Source of the DNA: Spirochaetia bacterium
GTDB taxonomy: Bacteria > Spirochaetota > Spirochaetia > CAKZLE01
NCBI GenBank assembly: GCA_963677595.1
Contig: OY782041.1
Coordinates: 1,376,001-1,440,000 of the forward strand
Reading direction: 5' to 3'
Length of the DNA: 64,000 bases
Positions 36,409-46,761 of the stretch are shown here, in pieces; the stretch's first letter is position 1; every line of letters begins with the position of its first letter. A program made the translations under genes and the position numbers. The notes beneath the pieces are model-generated. The model saw nothing but the letters and a program-made list of their open reading frames with translations, made no database searches and was not told the origin of the DNA.

Positions 36409-38385
36409 TCAGTCCTGGATCGGCAGGAAGCAGAAGGCCTCGTCATCTGCCTCACGTATGCACTTCTTGAGCTCGTCCGGCGAGAACTTCACGAACTCGC
36501 CGAGGGTCGTCACGAAATCGGTATCGATCTCGTACCCGTGCTGGATATAGGTGACCTGGTAGAAGGCGAGCTTCTTCTCACGGTGGACGGACTTCTCGAT
36601 CAGCCGCTGCGCACCAGCCTGCAGGAGCTTGAGGCGACCTAAGAGCTCTTCATGGGAGGTGACGCTCCAGACGCCGAGCAGGATCGGCTGGCTGTGGTCG
36701 TTCATATCCCCGACCATCTCGCCGCGCAGCAGGGCATCCCGCACCCCACCGAGGTAGGGGACGAAGTCGAGGTGCTCGGCGAGTTTCCGGTCCGTCGCGA
36801 GGAAGTCCCCCGAGACGGGATCCAAAGTGAAGATCATCACATGGTTCAGGGCCTGCCCATAGGAACGGAAGAGGGGGCCGCGATACTTTACGGGATCGAT
36901 CACCTGCAACAGGTGCGCATTCTGCTTCCGGATCATCCGGATGATGCCGGACAGCCAAGTCCGGAACTCAGGCCGGTCGGTCCGGTAGGAGGCGATGAGC
37001 TTCTCGACTTCGTCTTCCTGCATGAACCCCTCGAGGTAGGCGAGCATGCTCCGGTAGATCTCCCTGATGTTGTACTCCTTCCCGAACTGGTTGATGATGT
37101 CGTACATGAAGATCTCCATCTTCCTCAGCTGCCAGATGAAGGCGATAATCTCCGTCCTGGCAGTATCCCGGTCGATATGCTGCATCTCGATGAGGTCCTG
37201 GAACTCATGGTAGCGCCGCTCGAGCTGGGTGAACCACTTCTCCACCCCGTACTTGGGCCGCTTCAGCCCGATCGTCCAGACAGATCCGACCCCCAGCTGG
37301 CTGATCACCGATATATTGTCCGGGCCGAAGGTCTCATAGACCTGGATCGTTCCCAGTCCCTCACCGGCAGCCCTGCCCTTGGAGGTCTGTCCGACGAACT
37401 TCGGGACCCCGCGTTCATCCAGGGCAAGGAGTGCCCCGGGGATCCCGACGCCGTTATCGTGGATCCGCAAGACCGCCTGGTCCTCCCCGTCCGAGAGATC
37501 GATCTCGATGAGCCCGGGGACACCCCGTTCAGCTATGGCGTCAAGTGCGTTCGATATGATGTTGACCAAAGCTCTGGAGTGGCTGATGTAATAGCCCATG
37601 ACCATGGGGTTGTCACTGTTGAGGGTGAGCTTGACCGTACAGGGTATGTGGGAGCCGTTGATGAAGGGGATGATCCGCTCCAGGATCAGTTCCTGGATGT
37701 TTATCTCATGGGTGACGCTCACAGAGTCCCGGAACTCGTTGAGCATGTTGATCAGGGTGGTCGACTCCCGGTTTATATCCTCGATGATCCTGCCGGCATT
37801 GGCCAGGTCGAGCGTGTCGACGAGGTGGGAGAGGAGCCTGATGGTCTTGCGTGCGTCGTGGCGGGTCTTCCCGATATCCTCTTTCAGGATGGTCCGTGCC
37901 GGGCTCCAGTCCTTATGGTAGATCTGCTCCTGGAGGGTCTTCGCTGATGCTGAGAGGTGGTAGTACCGCCGGTTCCGGTAGACTACCGGCTCGAGGACGT
38001 TGAATCCCTTGTTCTGGAAGTACTCGATCGTGTCATTCTGCTTCTCCCAGAGGTAAAGGTAGATGTTCGCATCAGGGTCCACCTTCTCGGAGAGGTGGTT
38101 GATGAACGAGTTCCCGATCCCCCTCCCCCGGCCAAAGGGGCTGGTGACGATCTTGTAGATATGGAAGTTCATCTTCTGCTCATCGGAGTAGACCTGCATG
38201 TAGCCGAGCACCTCGCCCTCATCGACCCAGGCATAGCTGTGCTCATGGTCCTTGCTGATCTCGATGTCCCGTATATAGGGGGAGGGGATGATGAAGGTAT
38301 CGATGTTCAGCAGCGGGTTGCGGAGGATGCTCTCCTCCAGCCCCTCGTCGAGGGTCTGGATATGTTTTGCGATTGATTCGATCAT
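36409..38385 (-). CDS. GNAT acetyltransferase-histidine kinase fusion with unknown C-terminal domain
   Basis: GNAT motif A RGRGIG; H-box RHDARK; N-box NIISNALDA; G1 DNGVGIP; G2 GEGLG. Confidence 0.8.
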   Translation of the reverse strand: MIESIAKHIQTLDEGLEESILRNPLLNIDTFIIPSPYIRDIEISKDHEHSYAWVDEGEVLGYMQVYSDEQKMNFHIYKIVTSPFGRGRGIGNSFINHLSEKVDPDANIYLYLWEKQNDTIEYFQNKGFNVLEPVVYRNRRYYHLSASAKTLQEQIYHKDWSPARTILKEDIGKTRHDARKTIRLLSHLVDTLDLANAGRIIEDINRESTTLINMLNEFRDSVSVTHEINIQELILERIIPFINGSHIPCTVKLTLNSDNPMVMGYYISHSRALVNIISNALDAIAERGVPGLIEIDLSDGEDQAVLRIHDNGVGIPGALLALDERGVPKFVGQTSKGRAAGEGLGTIQVYETFGPDNISVISQLGVGSVWTIGLKRPKYGVEKWFTQLERRYHEFQDLIEMQHIDRDTARTEIIAFIWQLRKMEIFMYDIINQFGKEYNIREIYRSMLAYLEGFMQEDEVEKLIASYRTDRPEFRTWLSGIIRMIRKQNAHLLQVIDPVKYRGPLFRSYGQALNHVMIFTLDPVSGDFLATDRKLAEHLDFVPYLGGVRDALLRGEMVGDMNDHSQPILLGVWSVTSHEELLGRLKLLQAGAQRLIEKSVHREKKLAFYQVTYIQHGYEIDTDFVTTLGEFVKFSPDELKKCIREADDEAFCFLPIQD

Positions 38386-38565
38386 GAGTCTATTATTACG
38401 GGAAAGGGGGAACTTCACAAGGGGAAGAATCGGGGAAGGAGATGTCGCCCCCACGCTTTTTAACTGATTTCTCATCAAAAACAGATGCAGAAAGGATATG
38501 GTATGATTGACTTATTCTCATTTCGTCATTACGCTAAATATAGATTTTATAGAAGAGAGGAACCT

Positions 38566-39627
38566 ATGAAAGAAGAGAACACGACAGGCATATCGGTATT
38601 CGAGAAATACCTGACTGTATGGGTAGCTGCATGCATCATCGTCGGGGTCGCGATCGGGCGGCTGCTTCCCGGCGTCCCGGAGTTCTTCGGCAAGCTGGAG
38701 GTCGCACATGTCTCGATCCCGATTGCCGTCCTGATCTGGCTCATGATCTACCCCATGATGCTGAAAGTCGACTTCTCGTCGATCACCCACAGGATCCGGC
38801 AGCCGAAGGGACTGGTGATCACCCTGATCGTCAACTGGCTGATCAAGCCCTTCACCATGTACCTGATCGCGGGCCTCTTCTTCAAGACCATATTCGCAAG
38901 CCTCATCCCTGCATCGCTCGGGGAGGAGTACATCGCCGGTGCCGTCCTGCTCGGGGCTGCGCCCTGTACCGCGATGGTCTTCGTGTGGAGCCACCTCACG
39001 AAGGGGGACCCGGCCTATACCGTCGTCCAGGTCGCGATCAATGACCTGATCATCCTGCTGGCCTTCACCCCGATCGTCGCCTTCCTGCTCGGTCTGAGCA
39101 GCATCACCGTTCCCTACGACACGCTCTTCCTCTCGGTCGTCCTCTTCGTCGTCCTGCCCCTCAGTATCGGGGTCCTCTCCCGGCACCTGGTGATCAAGCA
39201 CCACAGCAGAGACTATTTCGAGAACGTCTTCATCCATAAGTTCGACAAGGTGACCATCTCCGGCCTGCTGCTCACCCTGGTGCTGATCTTCTCTTTCCAG
39301 GGGGATGTCATCCTGAGCAACCCGACCCACATCCTGCTGATCGCCGTCCCACTGATCATCCAGACCTTCCTCATCTTCGTCATCGGCTACCTCTGGGGAT
39401 ATGCCTGGAACCTCACCCATGAGATCGCGGCTCCCGCGAGCATGATCGGTGCCAGCAACTTCTTCGAGCTTGCGGTCGCCGTGGCGATATCGGTGTTCGG
39501 GATCTCCTCAGGGGCCACCCTGACCACGGTCGTGGGAGTGCTGGTCGAAGTCCCTGTCATGCTCTTCCTGGTATCGATCGCGAACCGCTCCAGGGGGCGT
39601 TTCCCGAGGAAGGCGGCAGCTGCCTAG
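38566..39627 (+). CDS. acr3: ACR3-family arsenite efflux transporter
   Basis: FEKYLTVWV, MIYPMM, NWLIKPF, APCTAMV, GASNFFELA, GVLVEVP. Confidence 0.95.
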   Translation: MKEENTTGISVFEKYLTVWVAACIIVGVAIGRLLPGVPEFFGKLEVAHVSIPIAVLIWLMIYPMMLKVDFSSITHRIRQPKGLVITLIVNWLIKPFTMYLIAGLFFKTIFASLIPASLGEEYIAGAVLLGAAPCTAMVFVWSHLTKGDPAYTVVQVAINDLIILLAFTPIVAFLLGLSSITVPYDTLFLSVVLFVVLPLSIGVLSRHLVIKHHSRDYFENVFIHKFDKVTISGLLLTLVLIFSFQGDVILSNPTHILLIAVPLIIQTFLIFVIGYLWGYAWNLTHEIAAPASMIGASNFFELAVAVAISVFGISSGATLTTVVGVLVEVPVMLFLVSIANRSRGRFPRKAAAA

Positions 39628-39738
39628 AAATACGCTAGATATAATGCAATCTTACGGGTTGTTATTTACAAACACACTACATAGGGTCTACAATAGAGAT
39701 ATACCACTAAAGTAGATATTTCTTAGGAGGTCTCCCGT

Positions 39739-42700
39739 TTGAGTTCCTCTGAAACCAGGACCCTGTACCTCATTCCCTATGTCCACCTCGACACGCAGTG
39801 GAGGTGGACTACCGCAACTACGATCTCTACCTACCTGCCTGATACCGTGAGGAAGAACCTCGCCCTCATCAGGGACTACCCCGGGTATTCCATCAATGTC
39901 ACCGGGGCCTATCGGTATGCCCTGTTGGAAGAGTACTACCCGGACCTCTTCGAGCAGGTACGGGAGGCGGTCGCGGATGGGGCCTGGCACCCCTCCGGCT
40001 CCCTCTGGGAGGAGACGGATGTCCTGATCCCGAGTGCCGAGTCACTGATCAGGAACATCCTCTACGGGAGGTCGTTCTTCCAGAAACATTTCGGGAGGCA
40101 GACCCTCGATGTCATGCTCCCCGACTCGTTCGGCTTCCATGAGGACCTGCCGACGATCCTCTCCCACTGCCGGGTCAACGGCTTCTCGACCCAGAAGCTC
40201 AGCTGGGACCCGGTCAAACCCATCCCCTTCGACATCGGGATCTGGAACGGGCCGGACGGCTCATCGCTCCCGGTCATCCTGCGTCCCGGCAGGTATGTCT
40301 CCAGGCTCAGGATCCCGCCCCACCTCCATCCAGGCTGGAGGATGCGGATCAGCCGCCACCTGCGCTCCCACTCGCTCGCCAAGGCTGCCAGATACTTCGG
40401 CAACGGCGATATCGGGGGTGCCCCGACACGCCTCTCAGTCTGGAACGCCATGCGCTCAATCCGGCACACCGGCGGGAACCTGCGGACGGTCTGCGGCGAA
40501 TCCGACCGGCTCTTCCGGGAACTCACCGAAGCAGAACGTGAGAGCATGCCGCGGTATGCAGGGGAACTGCTGCTCACCAGGCACTCAGCCGGCTCACTGA
40601 CCTCCCAGAGGATCGTCAAGCGATGGAACAGGAGGAATGAGCAGCTCGCCTTCCTCGCAGATGTCTCCTCTGTCATCGCCTCACGGGAGATCCATACAGC
40701 CTACCCGAAGGAACTGCTCGAGAAGGGGTGGAAGCTGCTTGTAGCCTCCCAGATGCACGACACCCTCCCCGGCACCTGCACCCCGGAGGCCTACCGGGAC
40801 ACCTATAACACCCTTGGTGTCATCGCGAACCTCTTCAACGGGATCATCGACGATGCGGTCTCGGCCCTTGCCAGGCAGCTCCCCCTCCGCAAGCATGAGG
40901 AGGCGATCTTCCTGCTCAACCCGAACTCCACTGCACGGGAGGAGCTCGTCCCCCTCGCCCTGCCGGTCCCGGAGGGCGAGGAGGCTGTGATCCTCGATGC
41001 CGACGGCATCCCCGTCCCCTGCCAGGAACTCCAGCGGGAGGGTGATTCACTCCATCTCGTCTGCCGGCTCAGCGTCCCGCCCGTCGGCTGGAGCTCCTAC
41101 CAGTGGCACAGGAGAGCCCTGGAACCGGTCGAGGAAGAGCCGCAGGAAGAGAAGGCCCCGGAAGGGTTCGTACTCGAGAACCGCCTTCTCAAGGTCACGA
41201 TCGATGATGACGGGAACATCTCCTCCATCTATGTAAAACGTACCAGGACCGAGATGCTGAAGGAACCGGTCAGGTTCGTCTGCCTTGATGAGAGACCGAA
41301 GACCTTTCCCGCCTGGAACATGGAATGGAAGGACAGGAAACGCAGCACCGTGATCACCCTGCCCCCTGCCGAGCGGATCTATCACAGCCGGCGCGGCCCG
41401 CTGCTGAGCTCGATCACCATCGAGCGGACCTTCAACAACTCACGCTTCGTCCATACCGTATCGCTCCACCATCAGGGGGTGGAGGACATGGTCTTCTGCC
41501 GGGACTCCATCTTCTGGCAGGAGCAGGCAAGCTCCCTGAAGCTCTCGATCCTGCTCGCATTCTCCAATGAGTCAGCCTCCTACTCACTGGACACGACAGA
41601 GGTCTCACGCCTCCCCAATGATTCCCACATGTACGAGTTCCCCTCCAAGGGCTGGATCAACCTCGATGCCGATGACGGGTCCTGCGGGTTCTCCTTCATC
41701 CATGGCGATATCTACGGGTCTGACCGTCCCGATGACCATACGATCAGGCCGACGCTCCTCTATACCCCGGGCCGGAGTCACGGGACGTTCATGTTCCATG
41801 ACCAGATGACCCAGGACTGGGGCAGGCACCAGTTCTCCTACGGGCTGCTTCCCCACAACGGCTCCTGGGACACTTCCAAGGCCGCTGCCTACAGCAGCAT
41901 GATCTCGAACCCGCTCCGCCCTTACCAGGTCACGAGGAGTCATCGGGCCCTCAGGAACCACCTGGCACACCCGAGCCGCTCATCATTCATCTCCTTCTCC
42001 ACCCGGAACCTGGACCTGATAGCCTGCAAGCGGTCCGAGGAGGACCAGTCCTATATCATCCTGCGGGTCAGGGAGATCGCGGGACAGGATGTCGTCTCTG
42101 CCTTCATCTCCTTCACCTCCCAGGTCGTTGAGGCCTATGAGGTAGATGGGCTGGAGACCCCGATCCATTCCGTATCGATCATCGGGAATACCCTCTCAGT
42201 GAAGATGCAGCGCAACAGCATCAAGTCATTCGCCGTCAAGCTGCAGGACCAGGACATCTCAGTGACCATCGACTCGGAGAAGCATGCACCGATCCAGGTG
42301 GAGACCGATCTCTTCGAACCGCTGCTCAGCGATGAGTTCGATGAGAGCGAGATCCTCCCATCCGGGCAGATCAGGTATACTTCGATACCGCTGGACTTCA
42401 ATACCGCCACCTGCTCCCCGGACGGCAGTACGGTATCAGGGGATGTGACCTTCCCGCTCGAGCAGATGCCTGAATCCATCATCATCGAGGACATACAGTT
42501 CCCGCTCCACCGGGAAGGGGGGCTCCATGCCCTCGCCTGCGGTGGGGAACGGTTCGAGATCCCGGCCACCCCGGGTGGACACCCTGCCTCGAGGCTCCAC
42601 CTGGTCATGACTGCACAGCATGCAGTGACCGGTTCCTTCACACTCTCAGCCGCCGACGGCTTGTCATCCACCCATGAGCTCTTCATCCCGCCGGTGACCG

Positions 42701-43029
42701 GCTTCATCGCACAGTATGACACCAGGACCTGGAAGCGCCCTGCCAGGTCGCCGAGGGACTACCTCTGGTGGAATCCCTGTACCGGCCTCAAGGAGGGATA
42801 TGTCCATTCCCGGAGGATCGCCTGGTTCACGACCCATATGCATGCGGCAGGGGTGAACCTCCCCCACCAGTTCGGCTACCTCTACTACTTCACCATCCCC
42901 CTGCAGGAGACCGATGCCTTCCTGACCCTCCCCCATGACATCCGGATCCACCTCTATGGTGCAGTGGTCTCGAACATGCTCGTCCATACGGACTCCTGCA
43001 GGATCCCAACGGATACCTGGGATCTATAG
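39739..43029 (+). CDS. GH38 alpha-mannosidase
   Basis: HLDTQWRW, LPDSFG nucleophile, GDIGGAP, GELLLTRH, QMHDTLPG; TTG start after AGGAGG. Confidence 0.9.
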   Translation: MSSSETRTLYLIPYVHLDTQWRWTTATTISTYLPDTVRKNLALIRDYPGYSINVTGAYRYALLEEYYPDLFEQVREAVADGAWHPSGSLWEETDVLIPSAESLIRNILYGRSFFQKHFGRQTLDVMLPDSFGFHEDLPTILSHCRVNGFSTQKLSWDPVKPIPFDIGIWNGPDGSSLPVILRPGRYVSRLRIPPHLHPGWRMRISRHLRSHSLAKAARYFGNGDIGGAPTRLSVWNAMRSIRHTGGNLRTVCGESDRLFRELTEAERESMPRYAGELLLTRHSAGSLTSQRIVKRWNRRNEQLAFLADVSSVIASREIHTAYPKELLEKGWKLLVASQMHDTLPGTCTPEAYRDTYNTLGVIANLFNGIIDDAVSALARQLPLRKHEEAIFLLNPNSTAREELVPLALPVPEGEEAVILDADGIPVPCQELQREGDSLHLVCRLSVPPVGWSSYQWHRRALEPVEEEPQEEKAPEGFVLENRLLKVTIDDDGNISSIYVKRTRTEMLKEPVRFVCLDERPKTFPAWNMEWKDRKRSTVITLPPAERIYHSRRGPLLSSITIERTFNNSRFVHTVSLHHQGVEDMVFCRDSIFWQEQASSLKLSILLAFSNESASYSLDTTEVSRLPNDSHMYEFPSKGWINLDADDGSCGFSFIHGDIYGSDRPDDHTIRPTLLYTPGRSHGTFMFHDQMTQDWGRHQFSYGLLPHNGSWDTSKAAAYSSMISNPLRPYQVTRSHRALRNHLAHPSRSSFISFSTRNLDLIACKRSEEDQSYIILRVREIAGQDVVSAFISFTSQVVEAYEVDGLETPIHSVSIIGNTLSVKMQRNSIKSFAVKLQDQDISVTIDSEKHAPIQVETDLFEPLLSDEFDESEILPSGQIRYTSIPLDFNTATCSPDGSTVSGDVTFPLEQMPESIIIEDIQFPLHREGGLHALACGGERFEIPATPGGHPASRLHLVMTAQHAVTGSFTLSAADGLSSTHELFIPPVTGFIAQYDTRTWKRPARSPRDYLWWNPCTGLKEGYVHSRRIAWFTTHMHAAGVNLPHQFGYLYYFTIPLQETDAFLTLPHDIRIHLYGAVVSNMLVHTDSCRIPTDTWDL

Positions 43030-43060
43030 ATCCCCGGGATCTTTAGATCCCTGGGATTCC
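43019..43060. repeat. Tandem 16-bp palindromes
   Basis: GGGATCTATAGATCCC-C-GGGATCTTTAGATCCC-T-GGGATTCC. Confidence 0.6.
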
Positions 43061-43147
43061 TTGGTGACCCGTTGTTTTTCTGCCCCTATTCTGGTATCCT
43101 GACGCAATATAACGAACGCATACAACCACCATACAGGAGTAGTTCAT

Positions 43148-44896
43148 ATGAGGATGTCCCGACTATTTTCACGTACCCTGCGGGAGGCACCCGCCTCAGC
43201 CGAGAGCAAGGGGTATGAGTACCTTTTAAGGGCAGGCTATATCAGGCAGCTGGGAGCTGGGATCTTCTCCTCACTCCCGCTCGGCCTGAGGACCGTGAGG
43301 AAGATCGAGAAGATCATCCGCGAGGAGATCGATGCGATCGGGGGCCAGGAGATCCAGATGCCCCTGGTCAACCCCGCCGATATCTGGAAGGAGACCGGCC
43401 GGTACTACAGCATCGACAAGGAGCTCAGCCGGTTCGAGGACCGTACCGGCCGTGACATGGTGCTGGCCATGACCCATGAGGAGGCTGTCACCGATATCGC
43501 GAGGGGCGAGATCGACTCCTACAAGCGGCTTCCCTCCCTCGTGTACCAGATCCAGACGAAGTGGCGGGATGACCCGAGGCCGAGGGCTGGCCTGATCCGG
43601 GTACGGGAGTTCACCATGAAGGACAGCTACAGCTTCGACAAGGACTGGGAAGGCCTTGAGGAGCAGTACAAAGCCCACTACCAGGCATATTTCAGGATCT
43701 TCGGCAGGTGCGGTCTCCCCACGATCGCTGTCGGGTCCGACTCGGGCATGATGGGCGGCAAGGTCGCCCATGAGTACATGTACCTCTCCCCCATCGGGGA
43801 GGACTCCATCGTGATCTGCGACAAGTGCGGCATGACTGCCAACCGGCAGGTCGCCAGGTTCGTCAAGGAGGAGTTCCCCGAGGAACCCGCTGCGATGGAA
43901 GAGGTCTTCACCCCCCATACCAAGACGATCGAGGACCTCGCACGGTTCCTCGAGATCCCGGAGAGGAAGACGGCGAAGGGAGTCTTCATGATGGGGACCT
44001 ATACCAACGATGAGGGTGAGGAGTATGAGGAACTCATCTGCGCCGTCATCAGGGGGGACCTCGATGTCGAGGAGGCAAAACTCCAGAATGCCGCAAAAGC
44101 CAACAGGCTGCGGCCCGCACATGATGAGGAGATCAGGGAGAAGGGGATCATCCCCGGCTATGGTTCACCCATCGGGTCGTCAGTGAAGATCATCATCGTC
44201 GATGACAGCGTCGTGAAATCGAACAACCTCGTTGCAGGGGCAAACAAGGAGGAGTACCACTTCCTCAACACCAACTACGGCAGGGATTTCAACGGCACCG
44301 TCGCCGACATCGCGAGTGCCGCGGAAGGCTATGTCTGCCCCGAGTGCGGGGCTCCCCTTCACCTGAGCAAGGGTGTCGAAGTCGGGAACATCTTCCAGCT
44401 CGGTACCAGGTACTCAGAGTCCATGGGCTGTTTCTTCCAGACCGAGGACGGTAAACGGGCCCCGGTCATCATGGGCTCCTACGGGATCGGCGTCGGCCGG
44501 CTCCTCGCCTGCCTCGCAGAGGAGACCAGCACGGAGAACGGGCTGCAGCTCCCGATCACCGTCGCACCCTACCAGGTGCACCTCGTCGGCCTCGTGAAGG
44601 GTTCCGATGTGCCTGACCAGCTCTATGAGGAGCTCACTGCCCGCGGCATCGAGGTACTCTTCGATGACAGGAAGGCCTCCCCCGGCGTCAAGTTCAACGA
44701 TGCGGACCTGATCGGCATACCGAACAGGATTACCGTCGGGAACCGCGGCCTCAAGGAGAACAGCGTGGAACTCCGCGTCCTCAGCGAGGAGGAGAGCAGG
44801 ATGGTCCCGCTCGATACGATCGCTGATACCATCGTGAAGATCATTGATTCGCAGATCACTGCGATCCATGATACAATGGAAGTCAAGAGCCTTTAA
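43148..44896 (+). CDS. proS: Proline--tRNA ligase (bacterial type with editing insert)
   Basis: THEE, YQIQTKWRDDPRPRAGLIRVREFTMKDSYS, EVGNIFQLG, MGSYGIG. Confidence 0.97.
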   Translation: MRMSRLFSRTLREAPASAESKGYEYLLRAGYIRQLGAGIFSSLPLGLRTVRKIEKIIREEIDAIGGQEIQMPLVNPADIWKETGRYYSIDKELSRFEDRTGRDMVLAMTHEEAVTDIARGEIDSYKRLPSLVYQIQTKWRDDPRPRAGLIRVREFTMKDSYSFDKDWEGLEEQYKAHYQAYFRIFGRCGLPTIAVGSDSGMMGGKVAHEYMYLSPIGEDSIVICDKCGMTANRQVARFVKEEFPEEPAAMEEVFTPHTKTIEDLARFLEIPERKTAKGVFMMGTYTNDEGEEYEELICAVIRGDLDVEEAKLQNAAKANRLRPAHDEEIREKGIIPGYGSPIGSSVKIIIVDDSVVKSNNLVAGANKEEYHFLNTNYGRDFNGTVADIASAAEGYVCPECGAPLHLSKGVEVGNIFQLGTRYSESMGCFFQTEDGKRAPVIMGSYGIGVGRLLACLAEETSTENGLQLPITVAPYQVHLVGLVKGSDVPDQLYEELTARGIEVLFDDRKASPGVKFNDADLIGIPNRITVGNRGLKENSVELRVLSEEESRMVPLDTIADTIVKIIDSQITAIHDTMEVKSL

Positions 44897-44923
44897 TTTT
44901 CTGCTTCCAGGCTATACGCTATC

Positions 44924-44960
44924 TGGCTATCCCATTCGTCCCGGGATAGCCATTTTTTTT
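44924..44960 (+). terminator. Intrinsic terminator after proS
   Basis: TGGCTATCCC...GGGATAGCCA then T8. Confidence 0.85.
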
Positions 44961-45044
44961 GTGCCCTGCTGTGCCGTGTTTTCCTGCATCTGTCGATAAT
45001 CTGAAAAGTGTTGATTATGTGCGCACATCGTTGTATCGTGAGGT

Positions 45045-45335
45045 ATGACTGACAAATATCTTGATAAAGAAGAACAGGAATTTGCCGAAGCGTTCGAACA
45101 TATTGACCTTTCTGAGACCCCACCACCCACAGAGACTGAACAGGCGAACTTCAGGGCTGCAGCCAAAGAGTTCATGAAGAAAGAGACGAAGATGAACATA
45201 CGGATCGATTATTTCGAGCTTGAGAAGATCAAGGAATACGCTATGAATGAGGGATTGAAGTACCAGACCTTCGTCAAGAGTGTACTCCACAAGTACATCA
45301 CCGGGCAGCTTGTCGAGAAGAGGAAGCTCGACTGA
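45045..45335 (+). CDS. Orphan CopG/RHH (BrnA-like) antitoxin
   Basis: LDKEEQE, KMNIRID...GLKYQTFVKSVLHKY. Confidence 0.75.
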   Translation: MTDKYLDKEEQEFAEAFEHIDLSETPPPTETEQANFRAAAKEFMKKETKMNIRIDYFELEKIKEYAMNEGLKYQTFVKSVLHKYITGQLVEKRKLD

Positions 45336-45411
45336 TACCGGCTTGTGTCTCTCGGCCGATTCTTTTCTCCTGAGTTTTTACTTTTCCCCCTGATTTGATT
45401 ATATTTACCCC

Positions 45412-46401
45412 ATGGACAGAACTATGAGAGCAGTGACATTCGATCCACAGCATGACAGCTTCAGCCTGAAGGACATCACCATTCCCTCACCCGGCCCGGA
45501 TGAGGTGAGGGTTAGGGTCCTCGCATCCTCGATCAACCCGGTCGACGCGAAGATCATCCACTGGAAACGGCAGGTGAAGGATATGACAGCGGACTGGGTC
45601 CCCGGGGTCGATGTCTCAGGCATCATCGATGCGGTGGGATCTGCGGTGAGAGGATGGTCCCCGGGAGACCGGGTCCTCTATCACGGGAACATGTTCAGGG
45701 ACCATGGCGGGTTCGCCGAGTACGCCATCCATCGGGCTGCCACGCTCATACCCCATCCGGATGTACCACCGGAGACTGCGGCGGCGGTTCCCTGCGCCGG
45801 CTGGACCGCATACCGGGCCCTGGTCGACAAGCTGCAGGTCAGTACACAGGACAGCCTGCTCGTTGGCGGGGGATCCGGCAGTGTCGGGGGCTTCGCCGTA
45901 CAGATCGCGAGGGCACTTGGGGTAGGGACGGTCATCGCGACCTGCTCTCCCGCCAATGCAGCCTATGTGCAGTCTCTCGGGGCTTCCCATACCATCGACT
46001 ACCACCATGAGGACATCGTGGGAAAGGTCATGGAGATAACCGGGGGGACAGGGGCGACCCGTGCCCTCGATACCATCGGAAACGGTGCCGAAGTCCCGAT
46101 CGCGGACTCGCTCGCCTTCGAGGGGCAGATCGCAGAGATCGTATCGCTTCTCAGGCCCGAACTCTATGAGGGTGCTGCCGCGAAGGGTCTGAGCTTCCAC
46201 CAGCTCGCACTCGGGAACGCCCACGGCTCCCCTGCTACCGAACACCTGCTCGTCAAAGCCGGGCTCGCCTGTTCGAGGCTGCTCGAGGAGGGGAAGCTCA
46301 CCGTCACGAGGAAGCGGGTGATCACCCTCGAGGAGGCTGCTTCCCTGATGGGCTCGTTCCTCAAGTCCCGTCCCCAAGAGAAGCTTATTATTGTTCCATA
46401 A
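45412..46401 (+). CDS. MDR-family NADPH:quinone oxidoreductase-like protein
   Basis: SINPVD, VPGVDVSG, GGFAEY, GGSGSVG. Confidence 0.88.
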   Translation: MDRTMRAVTFDPQHDSFSLKDITIPSPGPDEVRVRVLASSINPVDAKIIHWKRQVKDMTADWVPGVDVSGIIDAVGSAVRGWSPGDRVLYHGNMFRDHGGFAEYAIHRAATLIPHPDVPPETAAAVPCAGWTAYRALVDKLQVSTQDSLLVGGGSGSVGGFAVQIARALGVGTVIATCSPANAAYVQSLGASHTIDYHHEDIVGKVMEITGGTGATRALDTIGNGAEVPIADSLAFEGQIAEIVSLLRPELYEGAAAKGLSFHQLALGNAHGSPATEHLLVKAGLACSRLLEEGKLTVTRKRVITLEEAASLMGSFLKSRPQEKLIIVP

Positions 46402-46761
46402 GGCACTTATTGGCATCGCCCCGCAGTCATGAACGTGTTGGTTCCAATCAGTTCTATACATGGTTATGATCATTTATTCTGACCCCAAAACAGGGGAACG
46501 CGATGCGCCCTATTTCGGGTCCCAGGTGCATCCCGAATAACTCCTTACATTACAAATGGAAAGGTAAAAAGTTTTTTCTTTACAAAAGTTCGGTTCATTG
46601 TCAAAAATATTTCGCATCATAAACGGTCCCAGACTGGAAAGCATCTTCCTTTTTTGCTAAGATTGAAGTGTTTCAGAAGAACAGCCTCCCCAACCCCGAA
46701 CTGCCTGTCGTCGACGGACAGATGGAGAGGTAACAACAACTATATAAAAGGATTTGCATAT

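Noticed and set aside
46402-46426. TGGCATCGCCCCGCA as a sigma54 promoter
   Set aside because: GG-GC spacing is 9, not the obligatory 10
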